A stretch of DNA of 20,000 nucleotides from Folioceros fuciformis (taxonomy: Eukaryota): assembly GCA_049999805.1 (NCBI GenBank), contig JBNGIO010005634.1:48330-68329 (forward strand), in the 5' to 3' direction. This document shows, piece after piece, positions 7,401 through 17,532 of this stretch. Under the pieces are notes generated by a model. That model was not told the DNA's origin. It ran no database searches and was given only the letters and a program-made list of their open reading frames with translations. The position numbers and the translations under genes are program-made. How positions within the stretch are numbered: position 1 is the first letter of the stretch; each line of letters opens with the position of its first letter.

Positions 7401-10351
7401 NNNNNNNNNNNNNNNNNNNNNNNNNNNNNNNNNNNNNNNNNNNNNNNNNNNNNNNNNNNNNNCCACAGCCTTGGTCATAAACGAATTCAACTCTGGTAGC
7501 TTCAGCATGCTCTGTGGGGACATACCCAATATCTTAAATCTGCCTCAGTGTAATGGCCGACCCGAGAACACCATTGGTCATGCATACTTGGCGAGAGGTC
7601 AATTCTACACCGGATACCATTGGATCGGTATCGCAGTGGCTTGCATCCTTGGCTGGATAGTCCTTTTCAACACATTGGCGTATCTCGCACTCGCCAAAAT
7701 CAGGCATGTTGAACCACCTCGGGTACCCGACAATCGCCAGGCAAGTGTTTTGTGGATGCCAATGCTGGAAATTTCCAAGTCGTCAATGTGGGGAGTGTGC
7801 TGTTGGTCTCACTGTGGTTGGTTTTCTGTTCGTTCTTCTCAGCATAAGCATAACAGCTCCATGCAAGTTGCAGCGGAAGATGTGGAATGGGCAGAAGCTG
7901 CAAGGCAGAAGCTTACCCATACAGCTGTACCTGTGACTCTGTCCTGGCATGAACTCAGCTTCGATATTTTCATACCCCAAATCCAAGAAACTCGATCCAT
8001 TTTGAAGTATGTATCTGGTTGGGCAGAACCCGGTGACATGCTCGGCATATTGGGTTGTACAGGTTCAGGGAAGACAACTCTGCTCAACTGCCTTGCAGGT
8101 TCTCCACCTTTCTGGTAGCTTGGGTGTGTCGTTTGTCTTTCTCCAGGGCTCTGGACTTCACACTTCTGTATCTGTTGCTGTGCAGGACGCAAAGTGGACT
8201 TGTCCAGGGTAGGAGGGCAAATATTAGTCAACGGGTTCCCTCGAAATCAGAAAACTTTCTCAAACGCTGTCGGATATGTTGATGTTTTCGAGGCCTACCC
8301 ACCTTACATGACTGTAAAAGAAGCAGTTGCTTTCAGTGCAACTATGAGCCTTGGCAGGCACTCGACAGCTCAGAGCCGTAGAGAGTTTGTTGAAGAGGTA
8401 GTCCAATCATATCAGCCCACCCTTATCGCTTGTAAGTGCCAATGCTCTTGTCTTGGATAGAATGTTGACGACCTATGGGTTCCCTGGTTAGATATTGAGC
8501 CTCGTGGAAATCAAGCACTTCGAAGACGCATTGGTGCTCTCCTTGGGCGAGAATGTGTTGGCGAAAGACCGGGCTGTGCGAATGGCTATAGCGTCAGAAC
8601 TGGCGTCTAATCCAAGTGTCATTTTCCTTGACGAACCCACAAAGGGACTGGATACCCAGGCTGCGGTACACGTGATCGATTCTCTTCGGGTACGTGTGGA
8701 GTATAACGTGCTGAATGAAGCAAGCTTGTTGGAAGTTCAGTGTGTGACCTTTGACTGGATGCTCCGCAGCATATCGCAGCAACAGGAAGGACCATAATTA
8801 GTACTTTGCAACATCCAAGTCAGAGACTGCTCTCAGCATTCACGAACGTCACGGTTTTGAAGAAGGGTGGATCAATTGTTTATTTTGGTTCAGTTGGCAA
8901 GAATGGCAACTATCTGCGGGTATGTCGTTGAGCTTATGCGAGCATTCCTCATGTTCATGCGAAGTATTTCTGACAAATTGCCGGGCACCATGACCTTTGA
9001 TCGTTGCGCTGCAGGAGTATTTTGAAGCCATCCCAGGCACACCTCTGTGCCCTCCAAACAAGAATGCTTCCACCTTTGCTATCGATGTGATAGGAGATGG
9101 TGTGGCCAATCTGGTCGCCGTCAAGGACTATGCGTTCGAGTACCGAGTGAGTGATCTGGCTCTAAACAACCATGTGAACCTGCAGAGATTGCGACGGGAT
9201 AAGACTGGTCCTGAACTCATGGGAACGGGTTACCGTGCATCGCAAGGACAAATGTTGGCGGAGGTTGTGATTAGGATGCAGAAAATGTATTGGAGAAACG
9301 TGAACTACAGCTGGGCGCGGATGATGTTTGTGACGGTCATGGGTTTATTACTCGGCTCCGTCTACTTTGATGCAAAGTACCTTACAACGCCGAAAATGAA
9401 TAAAAGGGCCTTCAGTATCTTCATATCGTGTGTGCTTATGGGCATCACCAATGCTCAGAACGTGATACCACAGCTTCTGTCACACAAATTAGTATACCTA
9501 CGAGAAGCAGCGGCCAACCACTACAGTCCTCTGCTGTACAACATTTCCTGGGGTTTAGCGGAGGTAATATTCTTTGCAGCCCAGAACAAGGGGTTGGCAC
9601 TTCGCGGCTTCTGTTGGTTTGAGCTTTCATCTGAAAGTATGTATGACTACATGACGAGCCTCACTGTGCATGCAGATTGTTTACCTTACGGTGGCCACGA
9701 TGATATTCTGTGGCATCTTCCTTGGCATGTCTCAAATCGCAGTCGGCGATGCGAAAGACTTCTTCCAGTACTGGTTCATCCTTTTGGAATTTACGCTCGC
9801 CATTACATTTTTTGGCATGTTTTTGGCAGTTGTCTCTCCTGTTCCACAGGTAAGCATTTATCTTTTCTGTTCGGTCGTTATCCTACAGAGTTCTGTTACG
9901 GTTCTGTTCGGTGCTAACTCAATGTTTGGTTGTGCAGATTGCGGCTGTGTTGGTGCCAATTGTCATCAGCATGTGGGTGTCAACTGGCGGTGCAGTTATT
10001 ACGCACAGGCTGCTGCTGAAGCCTTTTGAATGGATGTTTTGGACAAATCCACTGCAGTACGCTCTGAACAGCTTGACATCCATTGCCTTCTTCTGCGACA
10101 CTTTCAAGCCGGAGTGTCTGGATGGTGGAGCGAATATGGCCTGTTTAAACGACGCAAGCAAATGTCCGCTATGTGACTGTCCACGCCTGGTTGATGCGAA
10201 TAACATATTCGTGTGGACGCAACTCAAGTTCAACCGGTCGTTGAACCACGGCCGTCTTGGCATCGACATGGCAGCGTTGGCCGCTTTGTGTATTTTTTTC
10301 AGATTTCTAGCTTACCTAGTGCTCTCGTATCGCAAGAAAAAGAATTGGTAG
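3475..10351 (+). CDS. Full-size ABCG (PDR-topology) ABC transporter-like protein with internal PDZ-like domain and degenerate NBDs; spliced, partly interrupted by an N-gap
   Basis: Hand-built exons with frame-consistent splice sites: 3475-4434, 4536-4613, 4699-4810, 4932-5577, 5679-5877, 6021-6308, 6434-6571, 6673-6927, 7011-7062(gap), (gap)7463-7740, 7843-8098, 8186-8397, 8492-8689, 8770-8919, 9015-9563, 9676-9849, 9938-10351 (TAG). PDR-type motifs: [165 protein letters not shown]. The NBD-TMD-NBD-TMD order is that of the ABCG family. Confidence 0.93.
4699..5577 (+). other. NBD1 of the ABCG protein (degenerate)
   Basis: Walker A GPPGCGMS (K->M, codon 4949-4951), Q-loop region GVIENRDVH, signature LTEDE (5288-5302), Walker B/D-loop VYLFDQLNAGLD (E->Q, 5363-5365). 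Confidence 0.88.
5857..6296 (+). other. PDZ-like domain inserted between NBD1 and TMD1 (split by intron 5878-6020)
   Basis: Spliced peptide TQQVWVQ|GSQPIGLDLVDRQDTLGATELPSTVVAGLSATSSLQTTSMDQTLEVQPGDEVVAFGGPSETLHYLKAENLSATEVRRAIDQIQGPVRLQLQR. It matches the PDZ pattern: betaA, a GLGF-type loop (PIGL), 'LxxGDxI/VxxxxG', a 'S/T..EV...I' alphaB helix and a terminal 'PVRLxLxR' strand. Recognised by eye; no HMM was run. Confidence 0.78.
7063..7462. other. Assembly gap (400 N) inside TMD1 of the ABCG gene
   Basis: Run of N between ...YYTTGQTLS and ALVINEF...; the central TMD1 helices are hidden. Confidence 0.99.
7741..7842 (+). other. GC-AG intron (102 nt)
   Basis: CAG|GCAAGT is a consensus GC donor. 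The acceptor has a pyrimidine tract, TTCGTTCTTCTCAG. The intervening translation (ASVLWMPMLEISKSSMWGVCCWSHCGWFSVRSSQ) looks non-coding. Confidence 0.65.
7930..8919 (+). other. NBD2 of the ABCG protein
   Basis: Walker A [9 protein letters not shown] and Walker B IFLDEPT are intact. Q-loop GYVDVFEAY, signature region VLAKDRAVRM and H-loop STLQHPS all deviate from PDR consensus. Confidence 0.9.
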
Positions 10352-10694
10352 AATGGCACGAATGTTTTGACCCTTGTAAATTGTTCTCACCTGATTGACG
10401 TGGCACCTTTACTCACTTTTTGTATAGTCTTCAGATTTCTAGCAATCTTGTACCGCAAGGGCGAGATTTGGTAAGACAGCATCGATGCCTAGATTCTTGT
10501 AAATTGATATTACCTTATTACTACCGCACAGGTCATTCTTTAGTGGCTTCTTACCGTTTGCCATTACGAGAGCAAAGAGACTCTACATTTTTGTTTCCTT
10601 ACCAAAGAAAAAGGAAAATGAGCAAGATTTCTGCACAAATTTCTTCTTTTTTAAGAATACTGTAATCCTTCCAATTACGGACCTGATAATTATG

Positions 10695-13600
10695 TTACAC
10701 CCACACTGCAGACGGATATGTCTCCATCTCGGTTGCCAATTCCGACGTCAGCTTCTCTGTTTCGTCATCACAACCGCCTGCAAAGTTGTACACGCGATAA
10801 GATAGCTGAAAAGCTCCCCACAGCATCTGCAGGCAGATCTTCATCCTGTTCAGCTCGTACGATGGGTTTCCCCCGTTGCCTTGTGTTGTCAGGGATTTCA
10901 CTCTTTTACTCTCCTGCGCCAGAGAACATTGGTCTCACCTCACTGAAAAACTGAAAATTCTGACAAAGCAAGACGCTGTAGAGGACCATTGTTTTCAGGA
11001 GTGACTATTGTGACATGTTACTTACTTCGAGTGCCATGATTACAGAACGGGAGGCCAGTCCAACCATGCCTTCTTTGATACGGACGACAATGCTGAAATC
11101 AAACTGAATCTTGTGCCCTGAGAAACGCTTCATGTCATCCTCTTTGTTCCTCTCCACAGCTTCAACCTCTTTCTTCACCTACATTAATTTGCAGAACGTA
11201 AAAATGTAAGAAGGAGAAGCAACGATGAGAGGAGCCTCTTCAATCATAGCACCAGCGGGACTGGTGGAGCGAGATACTTTGTTAGGCAAATACTGCTCCT
11301 GATCCTAACCTTTTCAAAATACAGATTGACTCTATCAAGTTGCTCTGAAGCAGGGGGATCAACTCTCCATTTCTCCACATGCTGTGCCATGGCAAGCAGT
11401 TTTGAGTACAAAGCTGCTGCCAGACGTATAGTTTCGAGCTTCTTACTAGGGAACCCCTCAAACCGTGCCAGCACCTGGAGATTGCAGCTCAATTTAGTGT
11501 GATAGAGCCCAGGACCACCAAGGCACATTACGAAAACAAAGAATCCTGAAACTACGCATCGTGCAGGACCACATACACATGCTGCTTCCCACTCACCTGT
11601 GTCTCATCTGTCAAGTCTTCAAGCTGGATCTCAACGCTTTCATGGAAGCGCAACAGTTGATCCATGTTAGAGGTTTGAAACGATTCCACCGCCACCTTAG
11701 TTTCTAGTATACATTCAGCATGCCGTTGAACGTCATCTTCAATTTTTTGAAAATAGGCTGATCTGCAAGCATCGCAGAAAAATTCGGCCACTAAAATTAA
11801 GATGAGGCACAGGAAGCAAGACAACAAGGTCAGAAAATCAAAGGTTTACACATGATGGCAAAATGTCTGATGCAAGAAGTCCTTTTGAGGATCGTGTGAC
11901 CTACTTTTTTGTGATCTCGGCAAGTGCGTCAGCCATGCCCCCTTGAGCGTTTGCACTAGCTGAAGGTTTTGGCAGGGGTGCACTTATACCAGAGCTGGTC
12001 TTCTGGCTTGTATATCGCCCCTCCAGTTTACCTTTCATAGCTCTATACAAAACCCCCATCTTCGAGGACCTCCGGAGCCTCGAAGTCTTTTTCATCCTTA
12101 GTGGGCCTTTGCCTGGTTTTTTTTTTGGTGGAGGTGGGGGACGATTGGACCCAGTTATACCTGAAGGATGAGGAGGGGGAGGAGGGGGAGGAGGGGGAGG
12201 AACAAGAGGAATAAACATGGACGGAGTCTCCCTACTCTTGACCTCAGCGTCTTGCAAAGGATGTCTGTTGTCTGAAACATCCTGCTTGCGAGAGACCGGT
12301 GTAGGGGCGTCTGGTAGTACATTCTGAGCTGGCTCCTTTCTCTCATGGGCACCGAATAGGTCAACGGGTTTCAGGTCAAAAACTGGGCTGAACATGTTCG
12401 GAGTAAAGTTCACAAAAAGGGGAGACTCAATAGTTGGCTTACTACTCCTTCTGGGAGAGACTGGCATGGGATTGAAACCCATCAACATGGACGGCTCAGG
12501 CGAAAAACCTTGTCCCACACATTGGGGCACTGCATCAATATCCACTGGGTTATCGCCCTTCTCCAGGCGAACCTGATTCGGCTGTGCTTCCTTCTCAAAT
12601 ATTAAGGCAGAGGGAGGCCACAGCAATGGTACAGCTCCAATGTGCATATGATAAGACTGCAGAGCATCTGGGGTGGGAGGAAGAACTGATGTGGGAGTGC
12701 ATGATCCTTTAGTAGAAGAGCAAGAATCAGACTCTTGATCCTGTTGGCCACTTAGATCTGATTTCTCTGCTCCTTCATCTGCAAGGATTTGCACCGATGC
12801 ATCGCCAGATTGCAATATATTATTGAGATCCTGTGAAGCAGAACTTCCCTGATCCTCAGATATTTGCACAGCAGATTTAGCATGCTTGTTTATTTCTTCA
12901 AGCATAAAAAATATCTTGTGGCCTACGTGTTCACAATGCCACAAACGAGTTAGCACATGGTTACTCCGGACCACAAGGAAACCATAATCAACACGTACAA
13001 CTGAATCAATCCACTTACTCAGCTGTTCCAGAGCAAAGGATTCATCCAGGGTATGACTCTTCAGCTTTGTGATTTTGTTTTTACTATTTCTGAACTTGCT
13101 CCTTGTACTCCGTTGCAAGTAGTGTGAGTGCTGAGTAGGAGTTGAGGGCGAGCTCGCCTTCACCTGACGAGGGGAGTCCCGGTTTCTGTCCCAGAAGCTT
13201 CTCTTCCCCTGCAACTCTGCATTGTCAAACCATTTGCACATTGAACTCCAACAACAAGCGGCTTCAAGTGAATCAAGTAATGTAAGTGTGTTCATCACGA
13301 TTAGCTAGATACCTTGAAGGTGCACCTTCGCAGCCTTCTCGGTGTTCTCAACAGCAATGGGAACTTTTTCCTCATCCTGAAGTCATAGGGCAGACTCGAT
13401 ATTACCATTTCTACAAGGTGAGCAGAGCACTTTCTCCAGACATCAGTTAAAGCATCACACTACTAGGGTTGAGGTTATCATACACTGGATTCACCATCAC
13501 TGCCACTGTACATGGAACCATGAAGATTGCTCTGCGCATCAAACAATCAAATATAAAGGCTTCTTGTACAACACACACGTACTGCTTTCCTCAGCAAAGC

Positions 13601-14993
13601 CCTGTAAATGGATATGAATGGATACAAAACACGCCATTGTCTGGGCAAGGTTTTCCGGTGCTACCTTCTGTGCAAACGTCTCAATCCATGTGTTCTCCAT
13701 AGCACGAAGAGTCTGGTAGAAACGCTTCAAACGCTGCGTACCGAGGATGCAAATTAATTCCAACTCTACCATTGCAAAAGTTCTGCAGCTACACATCAAT
13801 CCTATTGCATACAAAGCTTCTTGCGCCAAATAAAGTTAGCAGAGTGCACAACATAAGCACAGACGTACTTGAAAGATGGGCTTCTGTTCTCCAGCTCTAT
13901 GGTCTCCACTAGCCAGCTTGAAGGAAGACACTGGGGAAACTTTGCCAGGATAAAGAGCAGTGAGGGCTTCCATTGTATTCATCAGAACCTGCAGAGATAT
14001 TCAGGTCTTTTAGAGCAGCATTCCTCTGCAAAGTGTGTATGACTCTACCCTTCAGGGAAAGATGTATAGTTACCTCATCCAGGTCAGCCGAGGTGTTACA
14101 AGGGGGCAGCTTCAATGTATCCCGCAGTACAATCAACCTGCGGCGGAGCTCTACCATAACAACAAGACCTCCAACCCAGCCATATCCACCGACCCTTGCA
14201 CTGTCGAGCTCATGAAGACGTGCCATATTGTTATTTAGTCTGATCTGCAGTGGCAGATCCCTTGGAGCAATAGCCTGAACACCCCTCCCACATATTTTAG
14301 CATGGTCTTAAAATATAAACACACTTGTGCAGGCTTGCCGTCACCACATAAGCCAAGTTCTCACAGCAGAGCCAAGAGCTCAAAAAACTAGTCTTCACCT
14401 TGACATCATAGGGGCCTAGTAACTCCTTCAATCTTGCTTCAGAATTTGAAACGCTTTCCTCCATTGCTGTGCGCCGTCGCACAGCTTCCTCCAAAGCCTG
14501 GTCCACAGACAATAAGACCAGTTATAAGTGGTTAACTTAAAATTGACAAAGATCCTAGCAGGACAGATATACGTAGTGCCGGTGGAGGAGTGTGCGTTGG
14601 AAGGTCTACCTTGTCATAAGCCTTGTCCACTGCAACAGCAATGACTTGCCTCAATTCTTCAAGTCTCACGGTCTTGTCTTCACCGACTTCCTGTAACATT
14701 CCCTCCAATCATCAAACGTGCATTTGCCAAGGTTGAAACCGAGACATAGCCGGTGGTGTGGGCCCAGACCCCAACTGTACGACGAAGATAGCAAATCATG
14801 ACCTCCTCTCACTCCATACACGGCCATAGTTTCGGCTCACCTCCCATATGACTTGAAGTTCAGCCTGGCGGTCCCCGCGTCGTAGGGACAGCTCATCGGA
14901 ATGCTTGTGTGCGTTGAACAGGGACTTGAGGCGGGGCACCTTAGGACCGCATTGGCCAATTCCAGCCTCACACTTGCACCAACAGTTACTCAT
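10695..14993 (-). CDS. At4g04980/At1g61080-like proline-rich ('hydroxyproline-rich glycoprotein family') protein with CHUP1-like C-terminal domain; spliced, 5' end uncertain
   Basis: Exons (high to low): ~14993-14841 (start tentative), 14690-14610, 14497-14399, 14244(or 14274)-14074, 13988-13869, 13733-13583, 13410-13313, 13208-13019, 12922-11905, 11762-11597, 11474-11310, 11178-11026, 10913-10695. All introns are GT-AG and phase-consistent. Family motifs: MVELRRRLIVLRDTLKLPPC, CTPTSVLP, a poly-Pro tract, LRRSSKMGVLYRAMKGKLEG, GMADALAEITKKSAYFQKIEDDV, LTDETQVLARFEGFPSKKLETIRLAAALYSKL, MLWGAFQLSYRVYNFAGGCD. Confidence 0.88.
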
Positions 14994-17532
14994 CTCTCAC
15001 CGACTAATTGAGTTTGCATCAACTTCAGTTGATAGTTGACGAGGTTCACTACAAGCTCGCTAGCATCACAGAACACAATCCCCTAACATGACTTTTCGGC
15101 AGGTTGAAAAGCTGCACTGCGGGACAAGAAACGCGATCTCTCATCCTCCAAGGCACATTCAAAGTCGAGCAACTCAGGCGAGCCCGTCGCAAAACATATG
15201 CGCAGAAAATCCGGCCGGCAATTTGCTCCATGCCTGACGACCTGATTCCCCGCCTGCAGCTCTTCCCGCCGATCCGTCACCTCAGCTCAGCTCACCTCAC
15301 CATAACTCCTCCGTCAAACAAAACTCGAGGCAAATCAGCGCCTTTCGGCCCTGCACCGAACCGAAACCTGACCAGATCCTACCGGAAGGTCGTCAGCCAC
15401 TTCTCCTGCCCCGCCTTCCCGAGCAAGGTGAAGAAGGCGATCGAGCACCTTCCAGGCCTTACAACCCGCCACACCCCTGTGGAGCATCCCGGACACGAAT
15501 TCTCAGCTTTGCGCAGATGCAGGAGGCGTAATTGGCCCCGCCCGGCGGAGACCGGCTCCGGAAGCCGGAATTCCACAACAACGCTCCAAAGGATCGGCGC
15601 GGCAGAGATCCAGGCCACAGGCACCGCATTCCATCCAGTCCAGGGCCAGCTGGAGCGGGTCCCGGCGGGGCTCGGTGCAGCGCCTCACAAGCTGTTCCTA
15701 CTGTGCACATTGGTTGCAGCCCGGGACACCAGACACATGCTGGTGCAGGGGGGAGGCAGAAAGGACGGTGAGTACAGCAGCGAGCGAAAATGCGATGAGG
15801 CCAGGGTGCCGATGCCGACGCCGATGCCGAGGGCGGAGGAAGCTCCGTGCGACAAGCTTCACAGGACAGGCGAGGAGCGCAGAGCACAGTGCAGCTGCAA
15901 TGTAGTGGAGAGCGCGGCGCCCAGTTCAGGCATCGACGCAGGCATCACCGTTGTTTGCGGGGCGGGTCCTAGTCCTGCTCCGTTCTTTCTGGCGTTCAAA
16001 CTGTGCCGCATGTAATTTTTAAATGGCGGCCAGGGGTGATAAAAAGGCAGTTGCAGAAACGGAGGGTGCACAACTCGAGCCGAGTCGGCACATCCTCTCG
16101 TCATGCATACAGCAGCCCGACTCGTAAATGTCAGTTACGGTGGTTAGGGCTCCACGTCCTAAAACTCTAATGACCCCCAAAAGACGCACCGTTTGGCCGA
16201 CGGCCTGATTAGGGCCTCCTCTGTCTTTCTACTGGCGCAGAAGAGATAGGATAGCTTTCTTCGATTTCTCACGTTTTAGAGCGATTTTTTTCTTCTTTTC
16301 TACGATTTTTTCTTCCATTTCTCACATGTATCTAGGGATATCTCGCCCAATGGAGACTAGATACCTACAGGCTATGTTAAATATGCATCTACCATGATAC
16401 AAACAAGAAGAAAACATGCCTCATGTGGTGGTAGTGGATCCACTTTCTAGGGTTTAGGAAAAATTTGCACATGATGTTAGTGGCTTGGATGTTGGGCACA
16501 ATGCTTTATGTGCAAGATCCAAAACATTCTTGACATACAAGATCCTTAATCCTACATACTAATTTTATGTCTATAGTTGTGTTTGACAATTCATGTTTGA
16601 ATCCAACTACTAGCTTGGAACTACCTTAGAAATCAAGTTGAGGTAATGGTGTTTGGCTAAGTGGTTGCGTGGAGTGGAATGCAACTACAGGATTGGCTTG
16701 AACCATCGTAGCTGCAGAGAAACGAGCATCAGCATAGAGGGATTGTTTGCTATGGAGCTAGAAAGGTGTGAAGCAAACTTGTTGACATTCAAGAAGGATT
16801 AGGTCAAGTGAAACTACCCAAAGTATGAGATCTCATTGCAACTGGTTGTCACCAATACCTTTAGAAAGCTATGGTGGTAGCAATAGATATCAAGGAGTCT
16901 ATGCCCCATGAACTATGCCCCCATGAACTATGAAGTGGTTTGATAGAATTGCAGCTTTTTAGGAGACAATGCTCATGTTGTTTTAGAATGAAGTGGTTAG
17001 CTAAGATTGTAGCCTCTTAAGAAAGAATGGTTGTCTTGTTTACAAAGGCATGAAGTAGCCTTGTAGGAAACAATGGTTATGACGAATTTGGCTTTAAATG
17101 CCAAATTTGTAGCAATCGCCTTGTAGTAAAATTTGATACTAGACGAAGAAACATGAGGATTTTATGTGTTAAACAAGACTCTTTAAACACAAAGATATAA
17201 GTAAACTCTATAGATTTGAAGATTTTTTTTTCTTAATATTAGTATTTTCTTACATATATTTTGATTATTTCACTAATTGGATATAAATAGATATATTCTG
17301 TTGATAAAAAAAATTATAATGAATAACACATATCATGAATTTGTATTGTACAACTTCCTAAATTAACTTGCTAAACATGCATGTCCTTCCACATATGTCA
17401 CCACGAACATTGGGCTGGCAGGGCCGCAACTACGTAGCTTTTAACATAGCCTTTCACACGGTGCCTTCAGCAGACACGTGGGGTAGTTTACCGGCAACGT
17501 CTAAACCAGCTGCATATTATCTTCTGGGTACT

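Noticed and set aside
6864-7529. Long ORFs spanning 6864-7529
   Set aside because: Artefacts of the 400-N gap.
3475-10351. ABCG gene as a pseudogene
   Set aside because: No frameshift or premature stop in any visible exon and all splice phases are consistent. The sequence inside the gap cannot be assessed.
12923-13018. Read-through segment in the 465-aa ORF (likewise 18704-18838 in the amylase ORF)
   Set aside because: These are ordinary stop-free 3n GT-AG introns (96 and 135 nt). Removing 18704-18838 restores the family alignment (APQG-YMP), and 12923-13018 has a consensus GTAAGT donor, so neither is a protein insertion.
15104-16015. 303-aa + strand ORF and overlapping Cys-rich - strand ORFs (15459-15887 etc.)
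   Set aside because: GC-rich stretch at the 5'/promoter end of the minus-strand gene that is open in several frames. No recognisable domain; the apparent zinc-finger-like CxxC pattern is unconvincing.
16160-17360. AT-rich intergenic region as a possible TE remnant (includes a short TATGCCCCATGAAC duplication near 16900-16930)
   Set aside because: No TIR, LTR, TSD or coding motif could be identified, so it is not called.
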